The translations under genes were made by a program, and so were the position numbers. This document shows positions 49,211-59,058 of a stretch of 64,000 nucleotides of DNA, piece after piece. Location: the NCBI GenBank assembly GCA_958448705.1, contig CAUDEY010000003.1, positions 76,518 through 140,517 on the forward strand, written 5' to 3'. The notes under the pieces were generated by a model. That model did not search any database and had not been told where the DNA came from. It saw only the letters and a program-made list of their open reading frames with translations. Position 1 is the stretch's first letter. Every line of letters begins with the position of its first letter. This stretch comes from an uncultured Clostridia bacterium. GTDB taxonomy: Bacteria > Bacillota > Clostridia > Christensenellales > QALW01.

Positions 49211-50236
49211 TCAATATAAGCTGCCGGAATTTACGACAGGCTGAGCATCGTGGTTGCCGCAAAGCACTACCAGCAAGTTCGATACCATAGCTGCTTTCCG
49301 TTCCTCATCCAGCCCTACCACCTGGTTATGGCTCAACCGTTCAAGGGCCATTTCAACCATTCCCACTGCACCGTCAACAATCATTTTTCTGGCGTCGATT
49401 ATTGCCGAAGCCTGCTGCCGCTGCAGCATAACCGCCGCAATTTCCGGTGCATAGGCAAGATAGGTAATACGCGCCTCTATGATCTCCAGCCCCGCCTGCT
49501 CTACCTTTTGCTGAATTTCATCCCGAATACGTGAAGCAACAATCTCGCTGGATCCGCGAAGACTTCCTTCATCGGCAATACCGTCACCAGTAGTATCTAC
49601 ATTCGGCGCAATATCATAGGGATAAATCCGCACGATATTCCGCAAGGCACTATCACACTGCAAAGAAAGATACTCCTTAAAATTATCCACATGGAACACG
49701 GCTTTGGCCGTATCAATTACCCGCCAGGTCACCGCAATACCGATCTCCACGGGATTTCCCAAACAATCATTGATTTTTTGCCGATTATTGTTCAGCGTCA
49801 TAATCTTCAGGGAGATCTTACGGCTGATATTCTCTGCTGCAGCCGCTGAAGAAGAAGCATATACCACCGCGCTTTTAGGACTGCTGTCCACATCGCCGCT
49901 TTGATTCAGCTTTGTCTTGGCTGCAGGATTCACACTGGCACAGAAAGGATTTACAAAATAAAAGCCTTCATTTTTCAGCGTCCCCACATATTTTCCGAAC
50001 AGTGTAAGCACCAGTGCTTCCTGTGGTTTTAGCACCTTCAGTCCGCAAAACGGAATCCAGCCAAAGCTAACCCACAAAATTCCTAACACAAACAATACTA
50101 CCCCCAAGGCCTGATCCATCCAAAGTCCGCCTACAATCAATACCCCGATTCCCAGCAAATATAATGCTGCTATCAGAAGTAATGCCTGCATGCCGTTTTT
50201 CTTATTGTTTAAAATGATTTCCTCCACACTATCCAC
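49211..50236 (-). CDS. SPFH/band 7 domain membrane protein
   Basis: Two N-terminal TM helices followed by an SPFH core (VLKPQEALVLTLFGKY...). The exact start is uncertain because the GTG at 50236 abuts the RBS. Confidence 0.75.
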   Translation of the reverse strand: MDSVEEIILNNKKNGMQALLLIAALYLLGIGVLIVGGLWMDQALGVVLFVLGILWVSFGWIPFCGLKVLKPQEALVLTLFGKYVGTLKNEGFYFVNPFCASVNPAAKTKLNQSGDVDSSPKSAVVYASSSAAAAENISRKISLKIMTLNNNRQKINDCLGNPVEIGIAVTWRVIDTAKAVFHVDNFKEYLSLQCDSALRNIVRIYPYDIAPNVDTTGDGIADEGSLRGSSEIVASRIRDEIQQKVEQAGLEIIEARITYLAYAPEIAAVMLQRQQASAIIDARKMIVDGAVGMVEMALERLSHNQVVGLDEERKAAMVSNLLVVLCGNHDAQPVVNSGSLY

Positions 50237-50259
50237 CTCTTTATTTTTTTGATATCAAA

Positions 50260-50288
50260 ATCATATCATATAAATATTATTTTGTCAA
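50260..50288 (-). promoter_or_regulatory. Promoter TTGACA-17-TATGAT for the SPFH operon
   Basis: On the minus strand, -35 is at 50283-50288 and -10 at 50260-50265. Confidence 0.55.
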
Positions 50289-50353
50289 GGCATGAAGAAA
50301 AATCTTTTTACCATTATTTGATCGGCTGCTGTTTAATTCCCAATCGAAAAAAC

Positions 50354-50381
50354 AAAAAAGCCGTTATCAAACGGCTTTTTC
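50354..50381 (-). terminator. Intrinsic terminator after the 596-aa gene
   Basis: AAAAGCCGTT pairs with AACGGCTTTT, and the A/T flanks make it bidirectional. Confidence 0.8.
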
Positions 50382-50386
50382 ATATC

Positions 50387-52177
50387 TTACGATCCTTTCT
50401 GATTTTTTTGAAAACTTGCAATATACGCTACCGGATAATTTCCGTTTTCTCCATTATACATAATACTGATAATAATTTCATCCGGCGTATTGGAGGCATA
50501 AAACACCGCGTTAATACTGGAAGCTTCTACTGTGGTTTCCCCCGTTTGAATATCATAACGGTTAATCTGATAATAGAATTCCTCGTCTCCGGTCTCCAAT
50601 ATATAATAGACCGCGCTGTTATCACTGGAAATAAAGAATTCACTAGTAACGATATCCGCCAACACAAGCGTACTCTCTCCAGTAGCAATATCAACAAGAT
50701 TCAAATCGCATACGGCCGTTTCATAGTCCTCGGTTATAACCGCTATTTTACTGCCGTCATTTGAAAGAGAAAACACCGCCCCTTTTTGTATTACTTTGAT
50801 CTGATCGGTCGCAAGCGCATGCTGCACCACAACCTCCCATTCCTCTACAACATCGCAATAATACAGATACCCGTCATCATAGACAAGATCCGATTCCACA
50901 ATAATCTCCGCGTCCAGGACCCTGACCTCGCCGGTAGCTACATCATATTCCTTCAAAGAATATATGCTATTGCCGCTGATAACATACAGCTTGGAGCCAT
51001 CCTCATTCAAAGCAATTCCCAGAATCATCTCGCCCAAAGGCGGCTCTTCTTCCTGCCCGCCGATTACCGTAACAGCGCCCGTATCCGCACGATAAATACT
51101 GCAAAGTTCAATATCTCCGGCACGTTCAACATAGGCCAGCGTGCTGCCATCGGCCGAATACACCGCTTTAATAACGGTAGCAAGCTGCGCATCAAACAAA
51201 AGATGCCGGGCGCCAGCTTTATCTGCCGTATACAAATGGTCGATCTCGTTTTCCGTTTTTGCAAAAAGCGCCGTACTGCTTCCGGGAACCCAGCAAAGGA
51301 ATCTGGCATCCGCAAAAAAGAGCGGCAGACTTGTTTTAGCACCGTCAATACTTAAAATTGATTCATTCAAAAGCGCAGCAGAATCCGTATTTTCGTTATA
51401 CTTGGGTAATTCTCCAAAAGCGAGCTCCGTAAGGCGAAGGGTTTCGCCTTCTAACACACCGGTCAGCAGCTCATCCATTTTCTGCTGTGCCTCTTCCCGG
51501 CTTTTATATTTTTCACTGATCATCAAAACACTGATATTATCATCACAAAGCGTAGGAGTAAAACCGCACGCAGGCATTTCCCCTGCCTGATATTCATAAT
51601 ACAGATCTGCTAAAAGATACCAACCGCCAGCTTGCGGCGTCTCCTCGATCTTCAGGGAAACAGTAAGCACACCTTCGGGATCTTCACGGACCTGAAAAGT
51701 TACTGACTTTGCTAAATTCAGATAAAAAACTGTGTTGCCGCTGCCATCCTGCGGCAGCATCTGGAACATCCCGCTGACAACGCCTGTCTCATCCACAGCC
51801 GTTCCCTTAATAACATAATCCCAATACATAAGCCCCTTCACCGTTACCACAAGTCTGAGGGGATCTGGCAAAAAAGCAATGGAATATTCCGGTACGCCGC
51901 AAGCGGTTACACCGCCTTCAGCCTCACTGCCTGCAACAAAAGAAAAGCTGATATCTACTGTTCCCTCCTGTCCGGAGGTTATGGCTATCTCATTCAGATT
52001 AGCGTCCGACTGCGGAGAACCGCCGGAAGTCGTCAATGTTGTTTGATTATACTTGTCTGGACGGTAACGCGTTTGTGCACTGCAAAAAACGGCCGTAAGC
52101 ACCACAGCCAAAATCAGCACTGCAGCAACAGCACAGGCTATGATTTTTTTGATGCGCGTTCGTTCTTTTCTTTTCAC
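50387..52177 (-). CDS. Membrane-anchored hypothetical protein with a C-terminal TolB-like beta-propeller-type repeat region
   Basis: N-terminal signal anchor. The C-terminal half has repeated DGS(T/K)(L/I)(A/Y)(Y/V) motifs separated by about 45-60 aa, as in PD40/TolB-type blades. Confidence 0.6.
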   Translation of the reverse strand: MKRKERTRIKKIIACAVAAVLILAVVLTAVFCSAQTRYRPDKYNQTTLTTSGGSPQSDANLNEIAITSGQEGTVDISFSFVAGSEAEGGVTACGVPEYSIAFLPDPLRLVVTVKGLMYWDYVIKGTAVDETGVVSGMFQMLPQDGSGNTVFYLNLAKSVTFQVREDPEGVLTVSLKIEETPQAGGWYLLADLYYEYQAGEMPACGFTPTLCDDNISVLMISEKYKSREEAQQKMDELLTGVLEGETLRLTELAFGELPKYNENTDSAALLNESILSIDGAKTSLPLFFADARFLCWVPGSSTALFAKTENEIDHLYTADKAGARHLLFDAQLATVIKAVYSADGSTLAYVERAGDIELCSIYRADTGAVTVIGGQEEEPPLGEMILGIALNEDGSKLYVISGNSIYSLKEYDVATGEVRVLDAEIIVESDLVYDDGYLYYCDVVEEWEVVVQHALATDQIKVIQKGAVFSLSNDGSKIAVITEDYETAVCDLNLVDIATGESTLVLADIVTSEFFISSDNSAVYYILETGDEEFYYQINRYDIQTGETTVEASSINAVFYASNTPDEIIISIMYNGENGNYPVAYIASFQKNQKGS

Positions 52178-52198
52178 GTTTCAACAAGCTCCTTACTT

Positions 52199-52906
52199 TT
52201 AAAGTACAGATTTTAAAACATTGAATATAATATTCCCATTAAAAAATAATCGTCCCAAGAACGAACTCTGTATTAAATTATTGAAGTTCTCCAGCGGCAG
52301 AACTGACATTGCAATAGGCACAATGGCAAAGATAATACACACAAATACCGCTGCCTGCAAGATTCCTACGCCGCCGCCAAGCAGGCTGTCAAATTGTTTC
52401 AATACAGGCAAATGCACCACATGATCTACCAGACCGATAACAAATATAGAAATCAGCCGTACGGCAATAAAAATAATCAAAAAACTGATCAAGCTCAAGC
52501 TCAGGTTGATAATGGTCTGATTAAAATAATCACTCATCGTCGTAATTCCCTGATCGGCAAATACCTGATTCAGGATATTATCATTCATCATCTCTGCTAT
52601 AGGCTTGGGCAGATTGGAAGTATTGATGATCTCCGTAATCCTTTCGCTGCTGAGTGTATTGATATCTACGTTAGCAACTGTCATATCACTGAGTTTTTCA
52701 ACCCCAGCAGTAAAATAGAGCAGCGTATTATCAAAATTGGTCTTTTGAAGAATAAAAGAAGCTAATGAACTGTACCCGGCAAAAGATATAATCCACGCCA
52801 GAACATACGAAGCCACATTCAGCACCGTTACCAAAAAACCACGGTACCAGCCGATTAAAAACCCTATCGCCAATAAAATAATAATGCCCAAATCTACAAT
52901 ATTCAC
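52199..52906 (-). CDS. cvpA: CvpA family membrane protein
   Basis: Starts MNIVDLGIIILLAIGFLIGWYRGF, has 4-5 TM helices, and a GTG start 8 nt after AAGGAGG. Confidence 0.8.
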   Translation of the reverse strand: MNIVDLGIIILLAIGFLIGWYRGFLVTVLNVASYVLAWIISFAGYSSLASFILQKTNFDNTLLYFTAGVEKLSDMTVANVDINTLSSERITEIINTSNLPKPIAEMMNDNILNQVFADQGITTMSDYFNQTIINLSLSLISFLIIFIAVRLISIFVIGLVDHVVHLPVLKQFDSLLGGGVGILQAAVFVCIIFAIVPIAMSVLPLENFNNLIQSSFLGRLFFNGNIIFNVLKSVL

Positions 52907-52919
52907 AAGTACATCCTCC

Positions 52920-54008
52920 TTAATCGGGTATATTATACCGGTACATAGCGCCGTCAGATTCTACAATAACATAACCGCTGCCCTGAATCAGCCGCTCCAC
53001 CTTCAGCGGCAGCCGATACTTAACCGTCTTTCCGCTGGAAGGTTTAAACCGATACATAAAATAACTGCTGAATCCGTAATAATTCTTTTGTGACACCACC
53101 GCATAATTCAGCTTTTCTTCACATTCGATATTCATAACCTTACCGCCGCCGATCGCTTTTAGCCGCCCATCGCTCATCAGCAGCATATGAACATCCTTTT
53201 TCATTTTTCCGCAAGCGATCACATCAAAGCCGTTTACTGTGTAATCCAGATTAACCGAACCCGTATAATCGCAATCCCGCACCATAATTTTTTCCGTACC
53301 GAAAATATAACACAGATTTTCATCAAATACCGCATTATAGATCATTTGATTATCTACCTCAAACGTAACAGTCTGTTTTTTTTCCGTATCATATTTATAG
53401 GTAGAAAGCTGATACTTAGGATAGTATCCCGAATTTTCTACTGCAATAACCCAAACACTGTTGCCGGCGCCGTAAACTCCGAACCGAATATTGGTACAAT
53501 TACTGTTGGAGGTGATTCGATCAATTTCTTCTCCCGTACTATTCAAAATAATCGTATCATCCGAAGAACTCAAACTTACAGCAATCAATTTTTCTCCCAT
53601 GGCTACGGCAGCAATAGAATTCTCGAACTCCTTGGAAAATTCTAATATTCCCTCCTGATTGATTACCTGAAGCTTTTTTCCCACGCAAACGCCAAGCTTA
53701 GTTTCCCCGGCATACAATGCCATACCGTCCACAGTACCGGAGAATCCCCACATAACTTCTCCGCGGTCATCCAAATAATAAATACAATTCTCCGTATCAT
53801 CAATATAAGCAATGCCTCCGGCAAAAACAGTAAAATTACTTTCGGCGTGAATCGGCAGCAGCTTAAAATCACTCAATTTAATACTTTTTTCACTCCTGCC
53901 AAATACCACTGTTAACAGTACAATAACCAATAAAATAACAATTGCACCTATCAGAAAGGGCAAGTAATTTAAAAGGTCAAATCTTTTGCGTTTTTTTACC
54001 CGCTGCAT
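52920..54008 (-). CDS. Membrane-anchored hypothetical protein (DUF5711-like, beta-rich ectodomain)
   Basis: ATG 54008 lies 5 nt after GGAGG. Basic N-terminus, one TM helix, then a beta-rich domain. The DUF assignment is from memory only. Confidence 0.55.
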   Translation of the reverse strand: MQRVKKRKRFDLLNYLPFLIGAIVILLVIVLLTVVFGRSEKSIKLSDFKLLPIHAESNFTVFAGGIAYIDDTENCIYYLDDRGEVMWGFSGTVDGMALYAGETKLGVCVGKKLQVINQEGILEFSKEFENSIAAVAMGEKLIAVSLSSSDDTIILNSTGEEIDRITSNSNCTNIRFGVYGAGNSVWVIAVENSGYYPKYQLSTYKYDTEKKQTVTFEVDNQMIYNAVFDENLCYIFGTEKIMVRDCDYTGSVNLDYTVNGFDVIACGKMKKDVHMLLMSDGRLKAIGGGKVMNIECEEKLNYAVVSQKNYYGFSSYFMYRFKPSSGKTVKYRLPLKVERLIQGSGYVIVESDGAMYRYNIPD

Positions 54009-54111
54009 GTGATCCTCCGCTTGTGCTGCCGCAGATACGGCCATACTTATAATATATTATAACACAAAACAAAATAAAACAAAAGAAAAATATAACATTG
54101 CCTCAACGAGC

Positions 54112-54145
54112 AAAAAAGCGGCTCAGTTTCCGTACTGAACCGCTT
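54112..54145 (-). terminator. Intrinsic terminator after the 810-aa gene
   Basis: 10-bp stem with one mismatch (54118-54127 with 54135-54144), with T6 on the minus strand. Confidence 0.65.
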
Positions 54146-54160
54146 CTGCAGCACAACTCT

Positions 54161-56593
54161 CTATTCCTCCTCAAGCTCTGTGACCCGATAAGCTTCTATC
54201 GCACCTTTTACCGCATCCAGAACACTGGTATCTGCTATAGGAGTGCCGCTTTCATCAACCAGCAAATTTCCGTTAGCATCAAATTTCAATGTAGGACACA
54301 GATATCCTCCCTCATCATGCTCATTCCAGCCATAGATAAGGATCGTATTGGCAGCTGTGGCCTCCGGATTTTCCTTTACCCATGTCAATGTCTGCGAAAC
54401 GCCTTGTGCAATCTCTGCGGGCGTTCCTTTTCGCGTATACTGCCAATTATAATCTCCCGTCCAGCTTACTCCGGTTTTAATACGCGGAAGCTGATATCTG
54501 CCGGCCGTTGCCAATGGTATACACTGAATTTGCTGTTCATACGCAGCATAGCTCTGATTATAACTATAATTCTTTTGCAAAAGCTGCGCAAAGCTATTAC
54601 TGTACGCCGTCCCCGGAATTGAAGATGCACAAGATAGATCATTATAAGCATACCGATTCAGGCTTTCGGCCATAATGCTGCTGCCGCTGCTATTCGCTGT
54701 AGCTCTTTCACTCTCGCTGATAGAATAGCTTACCGAATATCTTGAAAGAGCATCAAACCCTTGACTTCTATATCCGTCAACCAGAGAACGCCCCAAAGTG
54801 CTTCCATCCATAGCAACACAGTACAGATCCTGAATCGCACGGTATTTTTGCGGATTAAGCTGATGAAGATATGCCATATAAAAAATTGCCTCATTTAAAA
54901 TATACTGCAGTTCATTCTCTGTTAAGAAGTTCATAGCATCATAAAAGTAAACGATCGGTCTCGGTCCGGTTGCACTCATAACTGTTAAATAGCTATCCTG
55001 TGCCATGGCCTGATAAAGTTCCTTATGCTCCACTGGGATCGCCGCCAATTTTTCCTGACTAGTGGAAAAAGAACTGATATCCACAGCATTGCCAAAATGT
55101 CCTCGTTCTAAGATCGCACACATTTTCAGCTGCTCACCTGAAACATAACCGTTTACCGCTACATGCGCTTTTCTGGGAAGAGACATTTTATCTGCGCTCT
55201 TATACCACAGATAAGCAAAATAATCAATACCGGCATTCAATGCATAAGCGGCCTCTTCCTCCCAGGCAACACCGTAATCATATTGAATGGTCTTTGATGC
55301 AAGCGTGGAAGAGGTTACATCATCGATCTCATACGTTTTTCCCGTAAGCGCATAAACCGATGGAATTTTAAGGCTAACATCGCCGCTTACAGGTGTTCTG
55401 GGGCGTGCATAATAAGGTGCCTGATATGGATAATAGCTAAGCGTTCTGGCCACCTGATCGGCAACGCTGTAAGAGGATGGATTCTGGCTGGTTGCAAAGT
55501 ATGCGTCCCAGCGTATCGCACCTATACTGGTTCTTTCCGGCCGCTGTATGGAAGGATCCGGCACAGGCAGGGATGCATAATCTACCGTATGAACAAGACT
55601 GCAGGCATCTACAATGAAATCATATTCATTCGTTGTAGTTCCGTTCCAATAAAATTCCACATAAGATATCTCATCGGTATAAAGAAAAAAGTTAACTTCA
55701 AAATACTGATAGGCATTCGTAAGCGTTTTATAATTAGAACTTTTATAGCTTGCACTGCCATCCGATGCTACGATCTTTATCACCAAGGCAAGATTCGGCA
55801 TATACGTTCCGCTGCCCTTTAAATAACAGGAAGCTTTATACCATCCGCTGCCGGCTTCTTTCATGGCCTGTGTAACATTCTGTTTTACGCTCACCCACTG
55901 ATTTTGACCCCGTTTTTTTATCAGCATAGCGGCATTGTCGCCGTCATAAGCATTAGTACTTACACTAATCTGTGTAGGAGAGGCAGAACTCCAATAAGCA
56001 GTCTGATTTTCGAAGCTTGCATTTACAAGAAGATTATTCCCCAAAGACGGGTATTCTCCAATTCGTTCCAGCCTGCATGCGTCTGTAAGAAAATCATATT
56101 CTGCCGTCTGCGTACTGTACCAATAGAATTCTACATAAGATAACTGCGTGGTATCCAGATAAAAATCAACTTCAAAATATTGATATGTATTTGTCAATGT
56201 TTTATAAGAGGATCCCTTATAGACAGCACTGCCGTCGGTATTCACGATTTTTATCATCAGTGCAAGATTGGGCATATACGTTCCGCTGCCCTTCAAATAA
56301 CAGGAAGCTTTATACCGTCCGCTGCCGCTGTCACGGATAGCCTGTGTGATATGCTGCTGCGCACTCACCCACTGATTGGATCCGCGTTTTTTTATCAGCA
56401 TAGCCGCATCATCGCCATCATAAGCATCTGTGCTGGCACTAATCTGTGTGGAAGACCCAACGTTCCATCCAAAGGTTCCCTGTGTAAAGCTGGGGTTCAC
56501 AAGAATATTATTTTCCACCCAAGCAAAGGACACCATTTGCACACATGAAAGAACCATGACTACCGTAATACAAAAAGCAATCATCTTTTTCAT
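54161..56593 (-). CDS. Secreted protein: two tandem CBM-like (jelly-roll) modules plus a C-terminal putative glycoside-hydrolase-like domain
   Basis: Signal peptide MKKMIAFCITVVMVLSCVQMVSFA, then two 158-aa repeats. The C-terminal domain ends with LIYGWNEHDEGGYLCP, reminiscent of the xWNEWxEG motif of GH99/WbsX-like TIM barrels. Confidence 0.6.
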   Translation of the reverse strand: MKKMIAFCITVVMVLSCVQMVSFAWVENNILVNPSFTQGTFGWNVGSSTQISASTDAYDGDDAAMLIKKRGSNQWVSAQQHITQAIRDSGSGRYKASCYLKGSGTYMPNLALMIKIVNTDGSAVYKGSSYKTLTNTYQYFEVDFYLDTTQLSYVEFYWYSTQTAEYDFLTDACRLERIGEYPSLGNNLLVNASFENQTAYWSSASPTQISVSTNAYDGDNAAMLIKKRGQNQWVSVKQNVTQAMKEAGSGWYKASCYLKGSGTYMPNLALVIKIVASDGSASYKSSNYKTLTNAYQYFEVNFFLYTDEISYVEFYWNGTTTNEYDFIVDACSLVHTVDYASLPVPDPSIQRPERTSIGAIRWDAYFATSQNPSSYSVADQVARTLSYYPYQAPYYARPRTPVSGDVSLKIPSVYALTGKTYEIDDVTSSTLASKTIQYDYGVAWEEEAAYALNAGIDYFAYLWYKSADKMSLPRKAHVAVNGYVSGEQLKMCAILERGHFGNAVDISSFSTSQEKLAAIPVEHKELYQAMAQDSYLTVMSATGPRPIVYFYDAMNFLTENELQYILNEAIFYMAYLHQLNPQKYRAIQDLYCVAMDGSTLGRSLVDGYRSQGFDALSRYSVSYSISESERATANSSGSSIMAESLNRYAYNDLSCASSIPGTAYSNSFAQLLQKNYSYNQSYAAYEQQIQCIPLATAGRYQLPRIKTGVSWTGDYNWQYTRKGTPAEIAQGVSQTLTWVKENPEATAANTILIYGWNEHDEGGYLCPTLKFDANGNLLVDESGTPIADTSVLDAVKGAIEAYRVTELEEE
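55565..56512 (-). repeat. Intragenic tandem duplication, 2 x 474 bp
   Basis: Units 56039-56512 and 55565-56038 align with an offset of exactly 474 nt (for example, GGCATATACGTTCCGCTGCCCTT occurs in both). By eye the DNA identity is about 80%. Confidence 0.85.
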
Positions 56594-56615
56594 CAAGCAT
56601 TCCTCCTAAAATTTC

Positions 56616-57668
56616 TTATTTAGGTTTTGCAAAGATGATCTTTCCCGCATTGGTCTGCAGCATACTGGTAACTACCGCTTCTATTTCCGTGTTGATATAA
56701 CTGCTTCCATCCTCTATTACAACCATTGTACCGTCAGAAAGATATCCCACCCCCTGAGAAGGATCTTTTCCCTCCTTCGTGATTGAAACAGTAATCACAT
56801 CTCCGGCAATAACGGTAGGCTTAAGCGCATTAGCCAATTCATTAAGGTTAAATATTTTCACTCCTTGAAGAGACGCCACCATATTCAAACCATAGTCATT
56901 GGTCATAATATTTGCTTTTTTTTCAGCCGCAAAACGGATGATCTTATCATCAATGCTTTCAAGGTCCTCATAATCCCGATCTTCAATCTGTACGCCTTCT
57001 TCCTGCTGAAGCCTTTTAATCATATCCAGGCCCATTCTTCCCCGCTGGCGCTTTTTTCCATCTTCGCTGTCTGCCAGGCGGGAAAGCTCACTTAAAATAA
57101 ATTTGGGAATATAAATCGGCCCCTGAATAAACCCTGTCTTATAAATATCATATACACGTCCGTCGATCAATATGCTGGAATCCAGCACAGTTCCGCCGCT
57201 ATTTTCAAATTCCTCCCCTCTTTTCTTTCTTACAGGAAGAGGAATATCATCATGCTTGATCATAGCAATGCGGACCCCTAAAATGCCGCAGCAAAGATAT
57301 ACAATAATATTCAGACAGGTAACCAAAACCTCATTGCTGAGATTATTAAAGATCTGACAAACCAAAAATGCTGCTAAAAATCCAAAAAGCAATCCGCCGC
57401 AGGCAAGAAACATCTCTTTTGCAGGCATTTCCCTGGCGCGCTTAATAATTTTTGAAAGCAGCTGAGAAATCGCACTGGACGCCGGCTTTCCTGCAAAAAA
57501 TCCGATGACTGCAAACAGCGCAATAGAAAAAAGTGCACAAGCAGTGGCTGCCCATCCAAGGAACTGAAGTTCATTCTGCCGGATAATGAGTTCCACAAGC
57601 TTCCAAACCCAATAGCCGATAGCCGCCCCTATGGGAATAAATAAAATACGAAAAATCTTTTTAAGCAT
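56616..57668 (-). CDS. yacL: PIN/TRAM domain protein YacL-like, membrane-anchored
   Basis: 4 N-terminal TM helices, a PIN domain (VLDSSILIDGR), and a C-terminal TRAM domain (VITVSITKEGKDPSQGVGYLSDGTMVVIEDG). ATG 57668. Confidence 0.85.
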   Translation of the reverse strand: MLKKIFRILFIPIGAAIGYWVWKLVELIIRQNELQFLGWAATACALFSIALFAVIGFFAGKPASSAISQLLSKIIKRAREMPAKEMFLACGGLLFGFLAAFLVCQIFNNLSNEVLVTCLNIIVYLCCGILGVRIAMIKHDDIPLPVRKKRGEEFENSGGTVLDSSILIDGRVYDIYKTGFIQGPIYIPKFILSELSRLADSEDGKKRQRGRMGLDMIKRLQQEEGVQIEDRDYEDLESIDDKIIRFAAEKKANIMTNDYGLNMVASLQGVKIFNLNELANALKPTVIAGDVITVSITKEGKDPSQGVGYLSDGTMVVIEDGSSYINTEIEAVVTSMLQTNAGKIIFAKPK

Positions 57669-57676
57669 AAAAATCC

Positions 57677-59056
57677 TCACTTTTCTCCCATTGCCAAAGC
57701 CAGGGCTGTAAAAATATTATCTGCAAACAGCAGCTGAACCTCGCTGCTTTCTCTCAAACCGCGCTTGTTTCCCTTAGGCAGGATCACCCTTTGAAACCCC
57801 AGTTTGATACACTCATCGATTCGTTTTTGGCAGCCGCTTATCGTGCGGAGTTCACCGGTAAGTCCTACTTCCCCCATAAGCACCGTGTGTTCAGGCAGAG
57901 GAATATTCTGATATCCTGAAGCGACTGCAGCCAGTACCGGCAGATCCAGCGCCGGTTCTTCCACCCGCAGTCCTCCGGCAATATTGATATATACATCCTG
58001 ATTATACAGTGAATATCCCAGTCGTTTCTCCAACACTGCCAAAAGCGTAACCATACGGCTGTAGTCCACACCGCTTCCTACCCGGCGCGGATTGCCAAAG
58101 CTAGAGGTTCCTGTAAGAGCCTGAATCTCTACCATAACCGGACGCGTTCCCTCAAGCGAGCATAAGATAGCCGTACCCGGCACCGGCTGACTGCGCTGGG
58201 ACATAAAAATTTCCGAAGGATTCCGCACATCCTGCATTCCCTGTTCGTTCATCTCAAAAATACCAATTTCATTGGTAGAGCCGAATCTGTTCTTGGTTGC
58301 CCGCAGCACACGGAATGTATTATTTCTTTCGCCCTCAAAATACAATACCGTATCCACAATATGCTCTAACACTTTAGGCCCGGCAAGCGTCCCTTCCTTA
58401 GTCACATGGCCTACAGTAAGAACTGCCGTTCCGCAGGTCTTTGCCGTGCGCATCAGCCGAGAAGCGCATTCCCGTACCTGCGATACCGTTCCCGGTGCGG
58501 AATTCAAATACGGTGCATACACCGTTTGAATGGAATCCACTACCGCTACATCAGGTTTTTGCAGAGAGATCTGGGCACAGATCTCCTCGATATCCGTTTC
58601 GGTAAGTAAATACAATTCCTCTGCAATACATCCCAAACGGTCTGCCCTGAGCTTGATCTGCCGGGCGGATTCCTCTGCCGAGATATACAAGACTTTTTTC
58701 TCTTTTGCAATGAAATCACAAACCTGCAGCAAAAGAGTGGATTTTCCGATTCCCGGATCTCCTCCGCAGAGCACAATGCTTGCCGGAACAATTCCCCCGC
58801 CAAGCACGCGATCAAACTCACTGCTGCCCGAAGAAAACCGTTCAAAATTACAGGTTTGTACCTGGCTGAGTTTTTGTACTGCAGCAGATCCCGCGGCATG
58901 ATCTGCTCTTGCTGCGGCCGCACCGGCTTTGGCCGGCGCTTTTATAACGGTCTCCTCCATCGTGCCCCAGCTGCCGCAATTTGAACATTTTCCCAACCAT
59001 TTAGCTGACTCAAACCCGCATTGTGAACAGATAAAAACATTCTTGTCCTTTGCCAT
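57677..59056 (-). CDS. radA: DNA repair protein RadA
   Basis: Zn-ribbon CSQCGFESAKWLGKCSNCGSW, Walker A GDPGIGKST, KNRFG, and a Lon-like C-domain. Confidence 0.96.
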   Translation of the reverse strand: MAKDKNVFICSQCGFESAKWLGKCSNCGSWGTMEETVIKAPAKAGAAAARADHAAGSAAVQKLSQVQTCNFERFSSGSSEFDRVLGGGIVPASIVLCGGDPGIGKSTLLLQVCDFIAKEKKVLYISAEESARQIKLRADRLGCIAEELYLLTETDIEEICAQISLQKPDVAVVDSIQTVYAPYLNSAPGTVSQVRECASRLMRTAKTCGTAVLTVGHVTKEGTLAGPKVLEHIVDTVLYFEGERNNTFRVLRATKNRFGSTNEIGIFEMNEQGMQDVRNPSEIFMSQRSQPVPGTAILCSLEGTRPVMVEIQALTGTSSFGNPRRVGSGVDYSRMVTLLAVLEKRLGYSLYNQDVYINIAGGLRVEEPALDLPVLAAVASGYQNIPLPEHTVLMGEVGLTGELRTISGCQKRIDECIKLGFQRVILPKGNKRGLRESSEVQLLFADNIFTALALAMGEK

Positions 59057-59058
59057 AA

